A stretch of DNA of 64,000 bases from an uncultured Methylomirabilota bacterium (lineage in GTDB: Bacteria > Methylomirabilota > Methylomirabilia > CAVQYV01): positions 31,679-95,678 of the forward strand of contig CAVQYV010000010.1 of assembly GCA_963718295.1 (NCBI GenBank), in the 5' to 3' direction. Shown piece by piece: positions 41,970-52,187 of this stretch. The position numbers and the translations under genes were made by a program. Below the pieces are notes generated by a model, which was not told the DNA's origin, did not search any database, and saw only the letters and a program-made list of their open reading frames with translations. Each line of letters begins with the position of its first letter. The stretch's first letter is position 1.

Positions 41970-42431
41970 ATGAGCGCGGAAAAAAGGTTGAAGGAAATGG
42001 GGATCTCGTTGCCGGCGACCCCGAAACCGGTAGCCAATTACGTACCCTCTGTGAGGGTGGGAAATCTTCTTTTCGTTTCCGGGCATGGACCCTATAACGA
42101 TGGAAAGGCGATGATTTCGGGAAAACTGGGAAAAGATCTGACCGTGGAAGAGGGTTATCAGACGGCCCGCAACGTCGCCTTGAATGCCCTCTCCTCGGTC
42201 AAGGCCGCGCTGGGGGACTTGGACAAAGTCCGGCGCGTGGTCAAACTCCTGGGGATGGTCAACTGTACTGAGGACTTCAAAGATCAACCGAAGGTGATCA
42301 ACGGGGCCTCGGACCTGCTGGTAGAGATCTTCGGGGAAGCAGGGAAGCATGCGCGCTCGGCCGTAGGAATGCAAGCCTTGCCCAATGGAATTCCAGTAGA
42401 GATCGAGATGATCCTGGAAGTCGGTTCATAA
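41970..42431 (+). CDS. RidA/YjgF family protein
   Basis: PVANYVP, VINGASDL and HARSAVG motifs. Confidence 0.92.
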   Translation: MSAEKRLKEMGISLPATPKPVANYVPSVRVGNLLFVSGHGPYNDGKAMISGKLGKDLTVEEGYQTARNVALNALSSVKAALGDLDKVRRVVKLLGMVNCTEDFKDQPKVINGASDLLVEIFGEAGKHARSAVGMQALPNGIPVEIEMILEVGS

Positions 42432-42577
42432 CTTGATGCTGACCTCCGGAGTCTTGGTCGGGATATGTCGGCAGGATCTGCTCGTCGGAGTCAGTTGAGG
42501 GTGCGATTCAGGGTTTGCCTTTTGCCTTTTCGTCTTCTTTCTTGTTAGAGGGGATGATGGCGAGCAGCAGCTAAGGA

Positions 42578-42638
42578 GGCGGATGTCAAGAGTAAAGACT
42601 TGACCCCTTTGGTCCCCCTTTGGTCCCCCTTTGGTCCC
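42578..42638 (+). repeat. Family A repeat plus three TTTGGTCCC(CC) tandem units
   Basis: GGCGGATGTCAAGAGTAAAGACTTGACCCC followed by TTTGGTCCCCC TTTGGTCCCCC TTTGGTCCC. Confidence 0.8.
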
Positions 42639-43877
42639 TCATACTGCAGGTTTTGCCTTGAAGACCGACATTTCACTTTCTGTCTTGGTGACCTTGTGAA
42701 CCAGGATGCCGGCATAGGGGTTGTATATGCCCCCGCGCCCATTGATGATGATGCGCGCATCCGTCAGCCACCGGTCAACCCCTGAAAACTGTGGATGATG
42801 CCGGGGATTCTTGTCGATTGGGTAAAGGATGTATTTGGCGGCACAATAGTCCAAGGCCACGGGGTCCTGGCTTGCCATAATCTGGTTGGTCCGAATGGTA
42901 GTGTCTGAAGGGTAGCCCTTGAGGGAGAGATGGGAGGCCCAGATTGCATCCACTATATTCAGTATCGGGGTTCTGATCGAAACCACCATCTTTCCGCAAG
43001 TCCCCCCGAGCCCGCTGTAGTGGCGCCAGTCTTTGTGTCCGTCGACCATGGATAGAATGCCGTAGAAGTGTTTGAGGGATTCAGTGATCTCCGATCCGCC
43101 CTCGTCGTGGTGTTTGAGTACGGGAACATTGATCAGCTTGAGATTCTGTGTATACCCGTTTCCCTGCCAGATTCCCTCCCGCAACTCCACTCTATGGCCG
43201 CCCTTTGTTGTGAAACAAGGATAGGAGACATTCTCAAAGGTCCGATACCCGTCGGTAACATGGTCATCAGCCCCGATGAACTTGTTTCTTATGCTGTCCA
43301 GAAGATAGTAGGATACCCTGGAGTCCTTGAAGATTTGATCCACGAGGTGGACAAAGCTATGGGTCGTATCATTCGCATTGGCCTGGACGCTCCCATCAGG
43401 GTAGCCCGACTTGGTATCGCAATTGAGACTCCCGCGACCCTGGCCGTTCTCGATGATCACCACCTCGCCTCTAAACCTGCCTGGATGATCCCGAATTCTC
43501 TGGATGAGCCCGCGGATCAGGTCACTGTTCGTACATCCACGATACTTCCATTGTGCGTTCACTTTGATCAGAACTACATCGTCTGCTTCGATCATTCCCC
43601 AAGGACCACTCGTCGTGGTCAGCAAATTCGAGCGATAGAACTTTAGCCCTTTCATCCCCATCCAATGGAGAAGAGCGTCGATTCCCTTATGCCGGTTGGG
43701 CCGACGGGGATCCACAAAAGGGTCATCCGGGATGCTCCAGATCCAAAAGATCGGATTGGACGTGGAGGTCGCCGCTTTCACCTGGCGAATAGAAGGGAAC
43801 GAAAGCAAGGAAAGGGTTCCGGCGGCCGATTGGATGAGGAATTTTCTCCGGCTGATACATTCGCTTGAAAAACCCAT
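42639..43877 (-). CDS. DUF362-like protein with Tat signal
   Basis: SRRKFL twin-arginine motif; VLIKVN, INVPVLKHH and SQDPVALD motifs. Confidence 0.8.
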   Translation of the reverse strand: MGFSSECISRRKFLIQSAAGTLSLLSFPSIRQVKAATSTSNPIFWIWSIPDDPFVDPRRPNRHKGIDALLHWMGMKGLKFYRSNLLTTTSGPWGMIEADDVVLIKVNAQWKYRGCTNSDLIRGLIQRIRDHPGRFRGEVVIIENGQGRGSLNCDTKSGYPDGSVQANANDTTHSFVHLVDQIFKDSRVSYYLLDSIRNKFIGADDHVTDGYRTFENVSYPCFTTKGGHRVELREGIWQGNGYTQNLKLINVPVLKHHDEGGSEITESLKHFYGILSMVDGHKDWRHYSGLGGTCGKMVVSIRTPILNIVDAIWASHLSLKGYPSDTTIRTNQIMASQDPVALDYCAAKYILYPIDKNPRHHPQFSGVDRWLTDARIIINGRGGIYNPYAGILVHKVTKTESEMSVFKAKPAV

Positions 43878-44195
43878 TCTATCCTCCTCTTGTGTATTTC
43901 TAGGGCAGATCGCTGCGTCGCCAGATCGCCGCTTGCCTACCCCCAGACGATGCCGACAGCCAGGAGACGACCAAAGGACACAGTAAAGACCCAAGGCAAG
44001 CAATTGTTTTTGTGAACAGAAACAATTGCGCGAAAGAAATGGCTTTGGTTGGTTCTCCTCTTCGCGTCCGCGCATCGCAGCACGGGCTATTCCCAGGAAT
44101 TCCAATCGACAATCGCCCTTTTCTGGTTGGCCCGACGGACCGTAGAGTAGCAGTTGAGGGAAGGGGATGTCAAGAAAAGGCCTGTGTCGCTTTGC

Positions 44196-44244
44196 ACCTG
44201 ACCTCGATGTCAATAAGAGATGTCAATAGTAAAGACCTGACCCC
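44196..44244 (+). repeat. Family A repeat with partial duplications
   Basis: ACCTGACCTC-GATGTCAATAAGA-GATGTCAATAGTAAAGACCTGACCCC. Confidence 0.8.
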
Positions 44245-44372
44245 CTTTTGGCTTTACAAAGGAAATGAGATGTGAAATAGTCTTATTGCGTCAAGAAGTC
44301 CGGCGCTCGCTTCTTTTCTCTGGCCACGGATTGGTTTTCCGTTCCCCCCTATAGAACACAAAAGAGGCAGAG

Positions 44373-46124
44373 ATGGCAACAAAAAAGCTGTTACGGGAAG
44401 AGGTCTCGGTTCCCGAGGCGATCGTGCGCGTCCTGGAGGAGGCCGGCATCGATTTGGTGTTCGGGATGCCTGGCGGCAACGCCATGCTCATCTTCGATGC
44501 CCTGTACAGCCATAAATCAACCATCCGGACGGTCCTGGTGCGCCACGAGTCCTTTGCCGGGATCATGGCCCAGGTATACGGGCGCCTGACTGGAAAGCCG
44601 GGAGTGGCATTGGGACAAGGGGCCTTCATGCTGGCCAATGCCCTCCTGGGGGTGATCGAGGCGCACGCGGGCAGCTCCCCAATGCTCTTGCTGGCTGACC
44701 TGTCGGACAATGCCCCTTTCTCCCATCATGCGCCCTACCAGGCCGGCACCGGGGAATACGGCAATTGGGATGCCAAGCGCAGCTTCTCCGGGGTCACCAA
44801 ATTGACCATGGAGAGCCGGGAGGGGGCGGGGGCGGTTCAAAATACGCAGTTGGCCCTCAAACATGCCCTGAGCGGGGAATGCGGGCCGGTGGCCTTGCTC
44901 TATCACAGCGCCGCCCTCGCCGGCCGCGTGGGACCGCACACGGTCCCCTCCCTGTATCCGACGCAATCGTACCTGCCGGGTCCCCCTCCCCAGGCCGACC
45001 CCGCATCGATATCCGCTGCGGCGCGCGCCCTGCGCGAAGCCCAGCGGCCGGTCATCATCGCCGGAGGCGGTGTACGGGCCGATAATGCCCGGGCGGAGTT
45101 ACAGCGCCTGAGTGAATGGCTCAGTGCGCCGGTGGTTACGACGGCATCGGGAAAGGGGGCCTTCCCCGAGGATCACGCGCTTGCCGGAGGCGTCTTCGGG
45201 ACCTTCGGCCTCCCGGCCGCCAACTCCCTGGTGTCCGAGGCGGATCTACTCCTGGTGGTGGGATCCAGGCTTGCCCCCACGGACACGGCCCGGGAAAACC
45301 CCGGGCTCATCGACCCGTCGCGGCAGGTCCTCATCCAGATCGATATCGAGCCCAAGAACGCCAGTTGGACCTTTCCCTGTGATCACGTGGTCCTGGGTGA
45401 TGCTGCGGTCGCCCTGTCACAGATGAGTGCCGCCCTTCGCGACGGGGGAGCCCTCCCCGCTGACCTACTCGAGGCCAGTAGGGACCGGGTGGACGCGGCC
45501 CGCAGGGAGCATGGATTCTTCGATGGCCCCGAGTTCCACTCCGGGGAGGTGCCCCTGCTTCCGCAGCGGATCATCGCGGAGATTCGCAAAGCCTTGTCGG
45601 ACGATGCCGTCGTCGCCTGTGACGGGGGAGAGAACCGGTTATTCATGTCCCGCTTTTATCAAATCAAGCGCCCGGGGATCTTTCTCTCTCCCGGATCCAC
45701 CGGCGCGATGGGATATGCCATCCCGGCGGCGCTGGCGGCCAAGCTCCTTTATCCTGATCGCCCATGCGTGGCCGTGTGCGGAGACGGCGGCTTCTCCATG
45801 ACCCTGAGCGCTTTGATGACCGCCTGTCAGGAGCGCATCCCCATCGTGACCGTCGTTCTGAACAACAGCGCCTTGGGTTGGGTCAAGCATTTTCAAAAGG
45901 AACGGGTGATCGCCTCCGAGTTCCCGGATCAGGATATGGCGGAGATCGCCCGGGCCATGGGTTGCCGGGGCTTTCGGGTGGAGCAGCCAGATGATCTGGC
46001 AGGGGCATTGACCGAGGCGCTGGCCGGCGAGGTCCCGGCGGTCCTGGACGTGCGCACCTCCCTCCGGATTGGCTATGAGGACCTCGTATCTCCGTTTCTC
46101 ACCGCTCCTGTGATCGGCCGGTAA
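44373..46124 (+). CDS. Thiamine-diphosphate-dependent enzyme (acetolactate synthase-like)
   Basis: VFGMPGG, VRHE, GAMGYAIPAA and GDGGF...NN TPP motif. Confidence 0.92.
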   Translation: MATKKLLREEVSVPEAIVRVLEEAGIDLVFGMPGGNAMLIFDALYSHKSTIRTVLVRHESFAGIMAQVYGRLTGKPGVALGQGAFMLANALLGVIEAHAGSSPMLLLADLSDNAPFSHHAPYQAGTGEYGNWDAKRSFSGVTKLTMESREGAGAVQNTQLALKHALSGECGPVALLYHSAALAGRVGPHTVPSLYPTQSYLPGPPPQADPASISAAARALREAQRPVIIAGGGVRADNARAELQRLSEWLSAPVVTTASGKGAFPEDHALAGGVFGTFGLPAANSLVSEADLLLVVGSRLAPTDTARENPGLIDPSRQVLIQIDIEPKNASWTFPCDHVVLGDAAVALSQMSAALRDGGALPADLLEASRDRVDAARREHGFFDGPEFHSGEVPLLPQRIIAEIRKALSDDAVVACDGGENRLFMSRFYQIKRPGIFLSPGSTGAMGYAIPAALAAKLLYPDRPCVAVCGDGGFSMTLSALMTACQERIPIVTVVLNNSALGWVKHFQKERVIASEFPDQDMAEIARAMGCRGFRVEQPDDLAGALTEALAGEVPAVLDVRTSLRIGYEDLVSPFLTAPVIGR

Positions 46125-46209
46125 ACGAAGGCCATTGGCGGGCAAACCCAGCACACTCCAGACTGCTCCGGGGACGGATCATTCCGTTTCCAATTTTGGG
46201 GGATAGAGA

Positions 46210-47008
46210 ATGAAGCTCAAGGGCAAAGTGGCACTGGTGACCGGTGCCGCAGGCGGTATAGGCCGATCGCATGCGCTGCGGCTGGCGCGGCCTCGGTGCC
46301 GATGTGGTGATCAACGACATCGATTTGGAAGCTTACAGGAAATACGGGGAAGAGATTACAGCCGATTCCGTCGTGGGTGAAGTTCGTAAGCTGGGGGTCC
46401 GTTGCATCGGTATCCAAGCCGACGTATGCCAGAAGGGGCAGGTCGAGGGTATGGTGAGAAGGGCACTGGACGAGTTCGGGCACCTCGATATCCTGATCAA
46501 CAACGCCGGTGGACTGGCCGGTGAGGTGTCGGGGAGCTTTGCGTCCTCGGTCTCGGAGGAGGATCTGAGGGCCACCCTCGATCGGAACCTCATGGGGACC
46601 ATCTTCTCCTGTCAGGCAGTCGCCGATTCCATGAAAGCCCAACGATGGGGCCGGATCGTGAACACCGCCTCCCAGGCTGCGCTTCAGACCATGAAAGACG
46701 GAAGTTTCTCTTCCTACGCTGCGGCTAAGGCCGGGGTCATCGCCTACACCCGGTACCTGGCGCAGGAGCTCGGCCCCTACGGCATCACCGTCAACTGTAT
46801 CTCTCCCGCCTACGTCAGCACCGCCCGGGTGGAGAAGATTCTCTTTTCCCTTCCCGGGAAGAGGGAGCAGTTTCTATCCCAAATACCCTTGGGGAGAATG
46901 GCCGTCCCGGACGACATTTCCAAAGGGGTGGAGTTCTTGGTCACCGATCTCGGGGACTACGTCACGGGACAGTGCTTGAGCATCTGCGGGGGTGCAATCA
47001 AGTTCTGA
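46210..47008 (+). CDS. Short-chain dehydrogenase/reductase; probable indel near 46290
   Basis: MKLKGKVALVTGAAGGIG from ATG 46210 is out of frame with LGADVV...NNAG...YAAAK. Confidence 0.88.
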
Positions 47009-47136
47009 CAGAACAAAGCCAACCACCTATCCGTCCTCATCCTCATCCTGAAGATGGCACAGCAGGCTGGTGCGTCCGATCAGTGGCGTCCCTGACCTCC
47101 GATTCGCTTTAAAAGCCTTCACGGGTGATGGCCCTT

Positions 47137-47931
47137 CTATCTCCTTCCCACCGGTGCCAGATAGATCGTGAATTCCTCCCTGCCATCGATCCTCAGGAGC
47201 CGATCCACCGCTTCCTGGTCATAGGCGGCGATGGCACAAGTGCCTGCCCCGATGGCCTCACAGGCCAGATACAGATTCTGACACACATGGCCCGCGTCCA
47301 GGGCAATGACCTTGTGGGCAGCCATGCCGTAGCGCCATTCCATCCGGTAGGGAATGGCCGTCCATATGAAGGTCACCGCCGCGCCCCCTGGATAGGGCTG
47401 TCCAAAGACGGCCTTGACCAGTTTCCCGGCGAGGCGATCTTCGCTGAACTCAAAAAGAAGCTGATGTTCCAGGGGAAGATAGCGGTAGATGCCCTGGTCG
47501 AGATCCCTGATGTTTAGAACACACAGGTAGGTCTCCAGGGCATGCCGGCATCCTGCCGACGGCACGGTTCTCAAGGCATGACCTGCATCCAGCCTCTGCC
47601 TGATCCCCTGGGTCGCCCATAACAGGAAGGAGAGCTCGGCCAAGGTCAGGGGATCAGGAGCATAGTCTCTCCGGCTTTGTCGGTTCTTGATGGCCGAAAA
47701 AAGGTCGAGCCTCCCCAGATCTTGGAGTTGATGGGGAGGGATCAGATCGATCCGGCTGGCTTTTTCTACAAACGGTTTCTCGACCGGGGGCGGGGCAATG
47801 CCGCGATGCTGATCGGTCTGGGAGAAGTCAACCCTTTTCCGGATCGTATCCTTGAGGAACAACCGGAACTGCTCGATCATATTTTCGTCGCTCGAGCTGC
47901 CGCTGGCTCCACTGTGGTCACCCTCTATCAT
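47137..47931 (-). CDS. SagB/ThcOx family nitroreductase
   Basis: LLWATQG, RTVPSAGCRH and LDAGHVCQNLYL motifs. Confidence 0.9.
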   Translation of the reverse strand: MIEGDHSGASGSSSDENMIEQFRLFLKDTIRKRVDFSQTDQHRGIAPPPVEKPFVEKASRIDLIPPHQLQDLGRLDLFSAIKNRQSRRDYAPDPLTLAELSFLLWATQGIRQRLDAGHALRTVPSAGCRHALETYLCVLNIRDLDQGIYRYLPLEHQLLFEFSEDRLAGKLVKAVFGQPYPGGAAVTFIWTAIPYRMEWRYGMAAHKVIALDAGHVCQNLYLACEAIGAGTCAIAAYDQEAVDRLLRIDGREEFTIYLAPVGRR

Positions 47932-47980
47932 CTTCCCGTCTCCTGTTGGATTCGAATCAGTTTGAAATAGGGATTTTCCC

Positions 47981-49342
47981 TCACCGCACCCTTCCCCGGG
48001 CCAGGGAGGCGAATATCCCGGCGCAGCAGAGCAGGGCAAAGAGGAGGAAGGCAGCCCTGGTGCTCTGCAAAAGGAGGGGATAGCTCTCCGGACCCATCCG
48101 GCCCCTTCCCACAAAGAGGGTGATGAGGAACATCGCCACCCCCATGCTGAGCATCTGCCCGACCAGCCTCATCGTCCCCAGGGTCCCCGAGGCTACCCCA
48201 TAGGACCTTTTCTCCACGGAGCCCATGATGGCATTGGTATTGGGAGAGGAGAAGAGGGCCAGGCCCAAGCCGAGGAGGGCCAGGCAGGCCACCAGGAACC
48301 CATCGGGGGTCGCGCTTCCCAGAAAGGCGAAAAGAGCCAGGGAGATCATGGTCAGGGCCATCCCGGCGGAGGCCACGATCCTCGGTTCCCAGCGGTCGGA
48401 GAGCCTCCCGGCGAGAGGGGAGAGGATCGCCATAACCACTGGCTGGGAGACCAGGATCAGGCCAGCCTGCTGTGGACTTAGCCCTTTGATATACTGCAGA
48501 TAAAGGCTCAGGAGGAAGCCGACGGCGAAGGTGGCGCTGTAATTGATCAAGGCCGCCAGGTTGGACAGGGCAAAGACGCGGTTGTCCCAAAACAGGTTGA
48601 CTTCCAGGATCGGGCTCTCTGTCCTTGCCTCCCACCCCAGGAACCCCAGGATTCCCAGGACGCCCAGAAGTAGAAGCCACAGCCCCCAGAGGGACGGCAG
48701 GAGGGAGAGTCCGCTCATGATGGCAACGAGCGCCAAGCTGTAGAGAAGGGATCCCCTCCAATCAAACCGCTCTCCCCTGGCCTCCGCCCATTCCCCTCCT
48801 GCCCTCCGGGACAAGAGCATGACCGCCAGGCCGAGGGGCACATGGATGAGCAGGGTGCTCCTCCATCCCAGGTGTTGGGTGAGGAGGCCGCCCAGAAAGG
48901 GGCCCAGAGAGAGCCCAAGGTAGACAGCTGCTACGTTGATCCCCAACACCCTACCCCGCATCGTTGGGGGAAAGACCGAGGCCAGGATCGCCGCTGCGGT
49001 GCCGAAAATCATGGCACTCCCGATCCCTTGTAGGGTCCGGAAGGATATGAGGAGGGGGGCCGAGGGGGAGAGGCCAGAGAGCAAGGAAGCGACGGTGAAG
49101 ACGAAAATGCCCCAGGTGAAGATCCTCTTCTTCCCCCAGATGTCGGCAATCCGGCCGAAGGGGACGAGGAATGTGGCGGCAGAGAGGAGGAAAGAGAGGG
49201 CAATCCAACCCAACTGGGCCACATTCAGAGCGAACTCCTTCCCAATCGCGGGCAGGGCAATGTTGATGGAGGAGCCCATGAAAGGGGTCAGAAAGGAACC
49301 CAAGGTGGTCAGGATCAGGATGTCTCGCTGGTGATGATCCAT
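47981..49342 (-). CDS. MFS transporter (DHA2/EmrB-like)
   Basis: GRIADIWGKKR motif A, about 14 TM helices, FSSPNTNAIM. Confidence 0.92.
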   Translation of the reverse strand: MDHHQRDILILTTLGSFLTPFMGSSINIALPAIGKEFALNVAQLGWIALSFLLSAATFLVPFGRIADIWGKKRIFTWGIFVFTVASLLSGLSPSAPLLISFRTLQGIGSAMIFGTAAAILASVFPPTMRGRVLGINVAAVYLGLSLGPFLGGLLTQHLGWRSTLLIHVPLGLAVMLLSRRAGGEWAEARGERFDWRGSLLYSLALVAIMSGLSLLPSLWGLWLLLLGVLGILGFLGWEARTESPILEVNLFWDNRVFALSNLAALINYSATFAVGFLLSLYLQYIKGLSPQQAGLILVSQPVVMAILSPLAGRLSDRWEPRIVASAGMALTMISLALFAFLGSATPDGFLVACLALLGLGLALFSSPNTNAIMGSVEKRSYGVASGTLGTMRLVGQMLSMGVAMFLITLFVGRGRMGPESYPLLLQSTRAAFLLFALLCCAGIFASLARGRVR

Positions 49343-49509
49343 GATAAACAGAGCAGGGCGAGGGAATCGCCCTGGAAAAACGTGTCCTCGCTAAAAACCG
49401 GCCGAATGGGCCGCCCCAAAAGATCCTCGAGGGTTATGATATGGCGGCAAGCCGTTTTTATCCCATAGAGATGCGTTATTTTAGCACAGGATGCTCCCTG
49501 CGTGCCCCT

Positions 49510-50486
49510 CTACAAATCGGGCACCCTGCTGATCTCCTCGTAGCCCGCCGGCTCGTCCGTTCCCACGATGCCCACCAGCATGTGCTCGCGGAAGATGGGG
49601 TGGTAGCGGAACTCCTTCAGCAGCCGAAAGCGCTCGATCTGGCCCGAGTGCTTCACGTGGGTGCGCGTGCCGGTGCAGGGGATCTGGTGCTCGCCGATGG
49701 CGATCCGGTTCTCGCCCGCGGGCGCGATGGGGACGTCGGCCGCGATAATCTCCTTTACCCCCGCCTCCAGACGGTCGAGGTCGATCGCCGGTTTCTCCTG
49801 AAAGCTGATCACGAAACCGTGCTTCACGTCGGAGTGGTGCACGGGGATGCTGTAGTTGTAGTCCCGCTCCAGCACGAAGCTGGTGATGTCCTCGGCCGAG
49901 TGGGCCATGAGCCGATACTTGATGGTGCGGTCCACCACGGCCTTGATGGAGGCGGGGAAGGGGCCGAAGACGCTCGGCCGGGCCACGATGACCTCCTCGC
50001 CGATGCCGAAGATGATCTGCGCGTTGTAGCCGAGCGCCTCGTAGATGAGGTCGAAGTGCTCGACGACCACGCGCCGGCCGTGGGAGACCGCAGCGGTGAT
50101 GGCCTCGGCGATCTGCCAGTTCTGCTGGAAGGCCCGCTCGTAGCGCACGTCGATGTGGAAGGTGTGCGGGGCGAAGTAGTCGTCGGGGCTGAAGCGCGTA
50201 GAGCTGGGCCGGCCGGACGTTGACGCCGTCGTCGTCGTTGGTCAGCTCGAGGCCCGGGAAACAGCCCCTTGATGAGCGTCGACTTGCCCGAGCCCTCGGC
50301 GCCGATGATGCCGATCAGCAGGTCGCTGGGGTACAGGTAGCGGCGGGAGAGCTCCGCGCCCAGCATGTACAGGCGCTGCCGCCCGCGCGGCGCGTAGTAG
50401 GTGGAGTAGATCAGGGTCTCGGAATGGTAGAGCCGCGCGGAGGAGGTCTGCTGAAGGAGACTGATGTCGGGCTTCTTCGGGTCCAT
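49510..50486 (-). CDS. P-loop plus tRNA-synthetase second-additional (AlaX-like) domain protein, frameshifted near 50200-50260
   Basis: AGGAGG RBS; GAEGSGKST Walker A; C-terminal MAHSAED and IPCTGTRTHV...IERFRL. Confidence 0.7.
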
Positions 50487-50494
50487 GACGCCTC

Positions 50495-50815
50495 CTATTC
50501 CTCGAACTCGATGGACAGCAGCGGGGCGTGCTGCTGCGCTCCGTAGATGTCCGTGTCCCCCGGCTGCCCCCGAGGGGATCCGACGCCGGAGGGTGACCTT
50601 CACCGCGTTGGACTGGCTCGAAGTACACGATGCCCAGCACGTCGGCCGGCGCCACGCCGTACAGGCTGGCCCACCAGGGCGACGTCGATGATGCCGCGCG
50701 ATCGGAAGAGCTCGAAATACCGGCGGTCGTTGAACATGATGTCCAGCGTGAGCTCGTAGGGGCCGGAGTTCTTCGACCGTATGACCCGTGCCACATCGAG
50801 GATGCTCTTTTTCAT
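50495..50815 (-). CDS. DUF4387-like protein, frameshifted
   Basis: VIRSKNSGPYELTLDIMF N-terminus; D(I)YGAQQHAPLL-type C-terminus recoverable across indels. Confidence 0.75.
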
Positions 50816-52187
50816 CGCGCTTCCTCCCGCCGACCGGCACGATCTGCAGGGGGAATCCTGCCGGGTCGTCGATCTCCATGAGGTGGTAGACCGAGAACTC
50901 GTAGACCTCGCCCATGCGGATGTCGGAGGGGGAGAAGGGAAAGGCGAGGTTGCCCGCCGTGGAGATGCGTCCGGGATAGCCGTAGTGCAGCAGGGTGGAG
51001 CGGGTGACGCTGACGAGCGAATCCGCTTCCTCCTGCGTGGGGGATACGGCCTCGATCACGATGCCCAGCTCGTGGGACTGCGGTCCGCTTCACCGGCTCG
51101 GCGGGCCCCATGACGCCGTCTTTTCCGTAGACATGGAAGTGCAGGGTGCCGCGGAAGGCGCCAGCGGCCATGGATTCGACCTGCCTTTGCACCGCTTCGA
51201 GGATGCCCCCGATATTGCCGACCATGACCGGGTCGCGGGTGCCGGCGATGCTGATCGATCTGCAACCCGATCCTGCGCGCGCCCTCGAGCTTGACCTTGT
51301 AGACAGGTGAGCGCTCGTGCCTGCTCCCCCGCACCTCGACCCGCCCGTCCCCAAGCTCGGTAAAAGAGCAGCCGGTGAGATCGATGAGGCCGCCGGGGCC
51401 GGGCAGCCGGTAGGGGTCGGATTTCTCGTAGAGGGTGTGCGCGGCGGCCGACTCGCATGTGAAGCGGCGCTTGGGGTTCAGCGCCTCCAGCACGAAGCGG
51501 TCGTCGTACAGCGTGGCGAAGGCGCAGTCTGCGCCGCTTCCCGGTGTGGCCGCGATGGCTCCGCACTCCAGGATCTTTCCCATGTGCAGGGCGAGCCCCT
51601 CGTCAAACCCCTGCGCGATGGGCAGCGCCGCGAAGTTGGCGGGATCGTAGCAGCGGCCGGCGAGCACGACATTGCAGCCGGCCGCCAGCGCCTTGAGGAG
51701 CGGTTCGCATCCCATCTGCGCCACGATGTGGGTCGATTCGTCGATCGCCTCTTCGGTCAGCTCAGGGACGAAGGCCAGCGGGCTGATCCGTCCCGCACGC
51801 AGGGCGTTTTTCACCACATCCTTCTCCAGGTCGGCAGAGATGATGCCCATCGGTGAAGGAGAGCTTCTCCTCCCGGGCGATCTCGTCGACGATAGACCTG
51901 CACCAGGCGAGGTGGGGAGCGGCGCCGGCCCCGCCCGCGGTGCCCACGATCACTGGCACCCCGAGCCGCAGGCCCTCCACCAGCATGAAACGCAGGTCGC
52001 GCTTGACGAATGCCCAATCGGTGAAGGACTTTCCGCTGCCCAGGTAGTGAGGCCCGGGATCGGTGGAACCAGCGTCGCAGGCGATGAGGTCGGGCTTCTT
52101 CGCTAAGCCGTTCTGGAAGGATTCCTCCGGAAACCCGTACCCGAGGATGGCGGTCGGGGAGAGGACCCTGAACTCACGTCCGCTCAT
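50812..52187 (-). CDS. AtuA-like (DUF1446) protein, several frameshifts
   Basis: LSPTAILGYGF, DAGSTDPGP, GKILECG, AHTLYEKSDP and STAGNLAFPFSP motifs across frames. Confidence 0.8.

Noticed and set aside
49824-51059. 411-aa ORF joining AtuA-like, DUF4387 and P-loop segments
   Set aside because: A chimeric reading caused by several indels; separate RBS, start and stop signals exist for each gene.
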